Source of the DNA: Gemmatimonadales bacterium
GTDB lineage: Bacteria > Gemmatimonadota > Gemmatimonadetes > Gemmatimonadales > GWC2-71-9
Direction: 5' to 3'
NCBI GenBank assembly: GCA_038321865.1
Contig: JBBQFH010000037.1
Span: 1 to 22,004 of the forward strand
Length of the DNA: 22,004 nucleotides
In this document: piece by piece, positions 17,722 to 22,004 of the stretch
How the letters are laid out: each line of letters starts with the position of its first letter
How positions within the stretch are numbered: the stretch's first letter is position 1
Translations under genes and position numbers: made by a program
The notes under the pieces: model-generated
What the model was told of the DNA's origin: nothing
Seen by the model: only the letters and a program-made list of their open reading frames with translations
Database searches by the model: none

Positions 17722-18147
17722 ATGACTACTAACGATGAGCGCTGCGCATTGTGCGGCTGCCGGTTGTTCCGTCGCGCCGGCACGTATGCGGCCCCAACCA
17801 TTGAGGGCCGCGCTCATGCCACAAAGCACCATCACGTCGCTGAGCGGCTGTTTGGTCGTTCTGCGAACCGCCGTGGCGACCTACGCGACCCAGTGTTTTC
17901 TACTTGCCCTTGGGATGCCGAAGGCCAGACGGAAACGTTCTGTTATGAATGTCATGAGGTGGTCATTCATAACCCGGTATTTCTCAAGCCTGATATCGTT
18001 GGGCTCGCGTCGCTGGTTCGGAGGCGTGGACTCGATGAGGAATCGAAGGGACCTAGCCGCGCTAAGCTGGCCGGTCGAGTGCAGTTGCTTCACGAAGTAA
18101 TCGAGGCTGGAATTGCGTCACTGCTACGTCAAGGCGGTGCGCCCTAA
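17722..18147 (+). CDS. Small hypothetical protein with CxxC...HH...CxxCH (HNH-like zinc-binding fold)
   Basis: CALC, HATKHHHV, FCYECHE; GGAG RBS just before the ATG. Confidence 0.7.
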   Translation: MTTNDERCALCGCRLFRRAGTYAAPTIEGRAHATKHHHVAERLFGRSANRRGDLRDPVFSTCPWDAEGQTETFCYECHEVVIHNPVFLKPDIVGLASLVRRRGLDEESKGPSRAKLAGRVQLLHEVIEAGIASLLRQGGAP

Positions 18148-18159
18148 GCTGCTTGCCAT

Positions 18160-18275
18160 GTGAGCCGATTTACGCAGGAGCAGATTGTTGGTGTGCTGCA
18201 GGAGCATGAGCGAAGAGCAAAAAGCGCGGGCCTGTTCTGGACGCATGGCATCGCGGAGATCACGCTACACCTGCG
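18160..18275 (+). pseudogene. IS3-family transposase OrfA N-terminal remnant
   Basis: SRFTQEQIVGVLQEHE...AGL...HGIAEITL resembles the IS3 OrfA HTH pattern (SRFTEEQII..L.E.E.G....LCR.HGIS..T). Similarity ends after ~38 codons. Confidence 0.7.
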
Positions 18276-18657
18276 GCTCCAACCGCACGGAGGCCACGTC
18301 CGAAGCCCTACTTTCGCACGCCCTAAGCCGGCCGAGCAGCTGCACCATCTCCCACGTATCGGCCTTGCAGTACTCCAGCAACTGCTACCGCACCATCGCC
18401 CGCTCCTGCGGCACCATCGCATGCTCGTGAAACAGCAGCCGAGTCAGCTCGAGGCTCGCCGTCATCCCCTCGGCGATCACGAGGTCCTCGTGCGCCCGCG
18501 TGCCGAGCAGCGGCCCCGTCACCTTCTTGAGCCCGAACCCCCCGCGGAACCCCGGGTGATACACATGATCCCGCACCACCGGCAGCAGATCCACCAGCCG
18601 TGCCGCCAGGTCGAGCAGATCCGCCCGCCGCCCCGGCAGCACCTCCGCCACCGCCCT
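18265..18657 (-). pseudogene. C-terminal fragment of a DUF2779-like protein with an internal stop
   Basis: RLVDLLPVVRDHVYHPGFRGGFGLKKV...IAEGMTAS...R*QLLEYCKADTWEMV; in-frame TAG at 18385-18387; no 5' portion. Confidence 0.7.
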
Positions 18658-18659
18658 TC

Positions 18660-21827
<3,168 letters not shown>

Positions 21828-22004
21828 GATGTGTCCCTGCTGATGGGTGTGGCGGAAAGTATGGCGGCGGGAATGGGTTGGGGCAAGGAAGGTGGAAGTC
21901 GGAGTGTCGGCGGAGGGTCGGGAGGGTCGGCGGCTGTATCCCCCCCGCGGCAAACGGCCCCGAATGGCCCAAAACGCACCTTGCGCCGCGGGCCCCCCCC
22001 ACCG

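Larger units (their letters stand above)
8330..18300. mobile_element. Putative horizontally acquired defence island (borders approximate, no integrase seen)
   Basis: Visible drop in GC and third-position GC relative to both flanks; clustered defence-type genes; gene remnants at the right edge. Confidence 0.65.

Noticed and set aside
18385..18387. TAG recoding or readthrough
   Set aside because: The fragment lacks its 5' part and other genes here end at TAG, so a nonsense mutation is simpler.

Overview
GC-rich bacterial DNA, probably Gemmatimonadota (inferred from tandem Ser/Thr kinase-TolB propeller and kinase-TPR genes). It has three parts. (1) 1-8300: host-like region with two kinase/PD40 propeller genes, two Uma2-family nuclease paralogs, a lipoprotein whose 5' end and putative promoter are shared with the Uma2 genes, an SDR oxidoreductase, many REP-like palindromes and tandem repeats, and a serine hydrolase gene disrupted by a REP doublet. 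(2) ~8330-18300: a visibly lower-GC candidate anti-phage island with a ~1490 aa NACHT/STAND NTPase carrying a C-terminal PD-(D/E)XK-like nuclease, an HNH endonuclease + C5 methyltransferase + Vsr restriction-modification module, and a SIR2-family protein followed by a small CxxC/HNH-like protein. It ends in an IS3-like remnant and a DUF2779-like pseudogene fragment. (3) 18660-21827: a kinase-TPR membrane protein. The best candidates for undescribed biology are the NACHT-nuclease, the SIR2 + mini-HNH pair, and the Uma2 promoter/N-terminus shared with a lipoprotein. All family assignments come from motifs read by eye; no database search was run.
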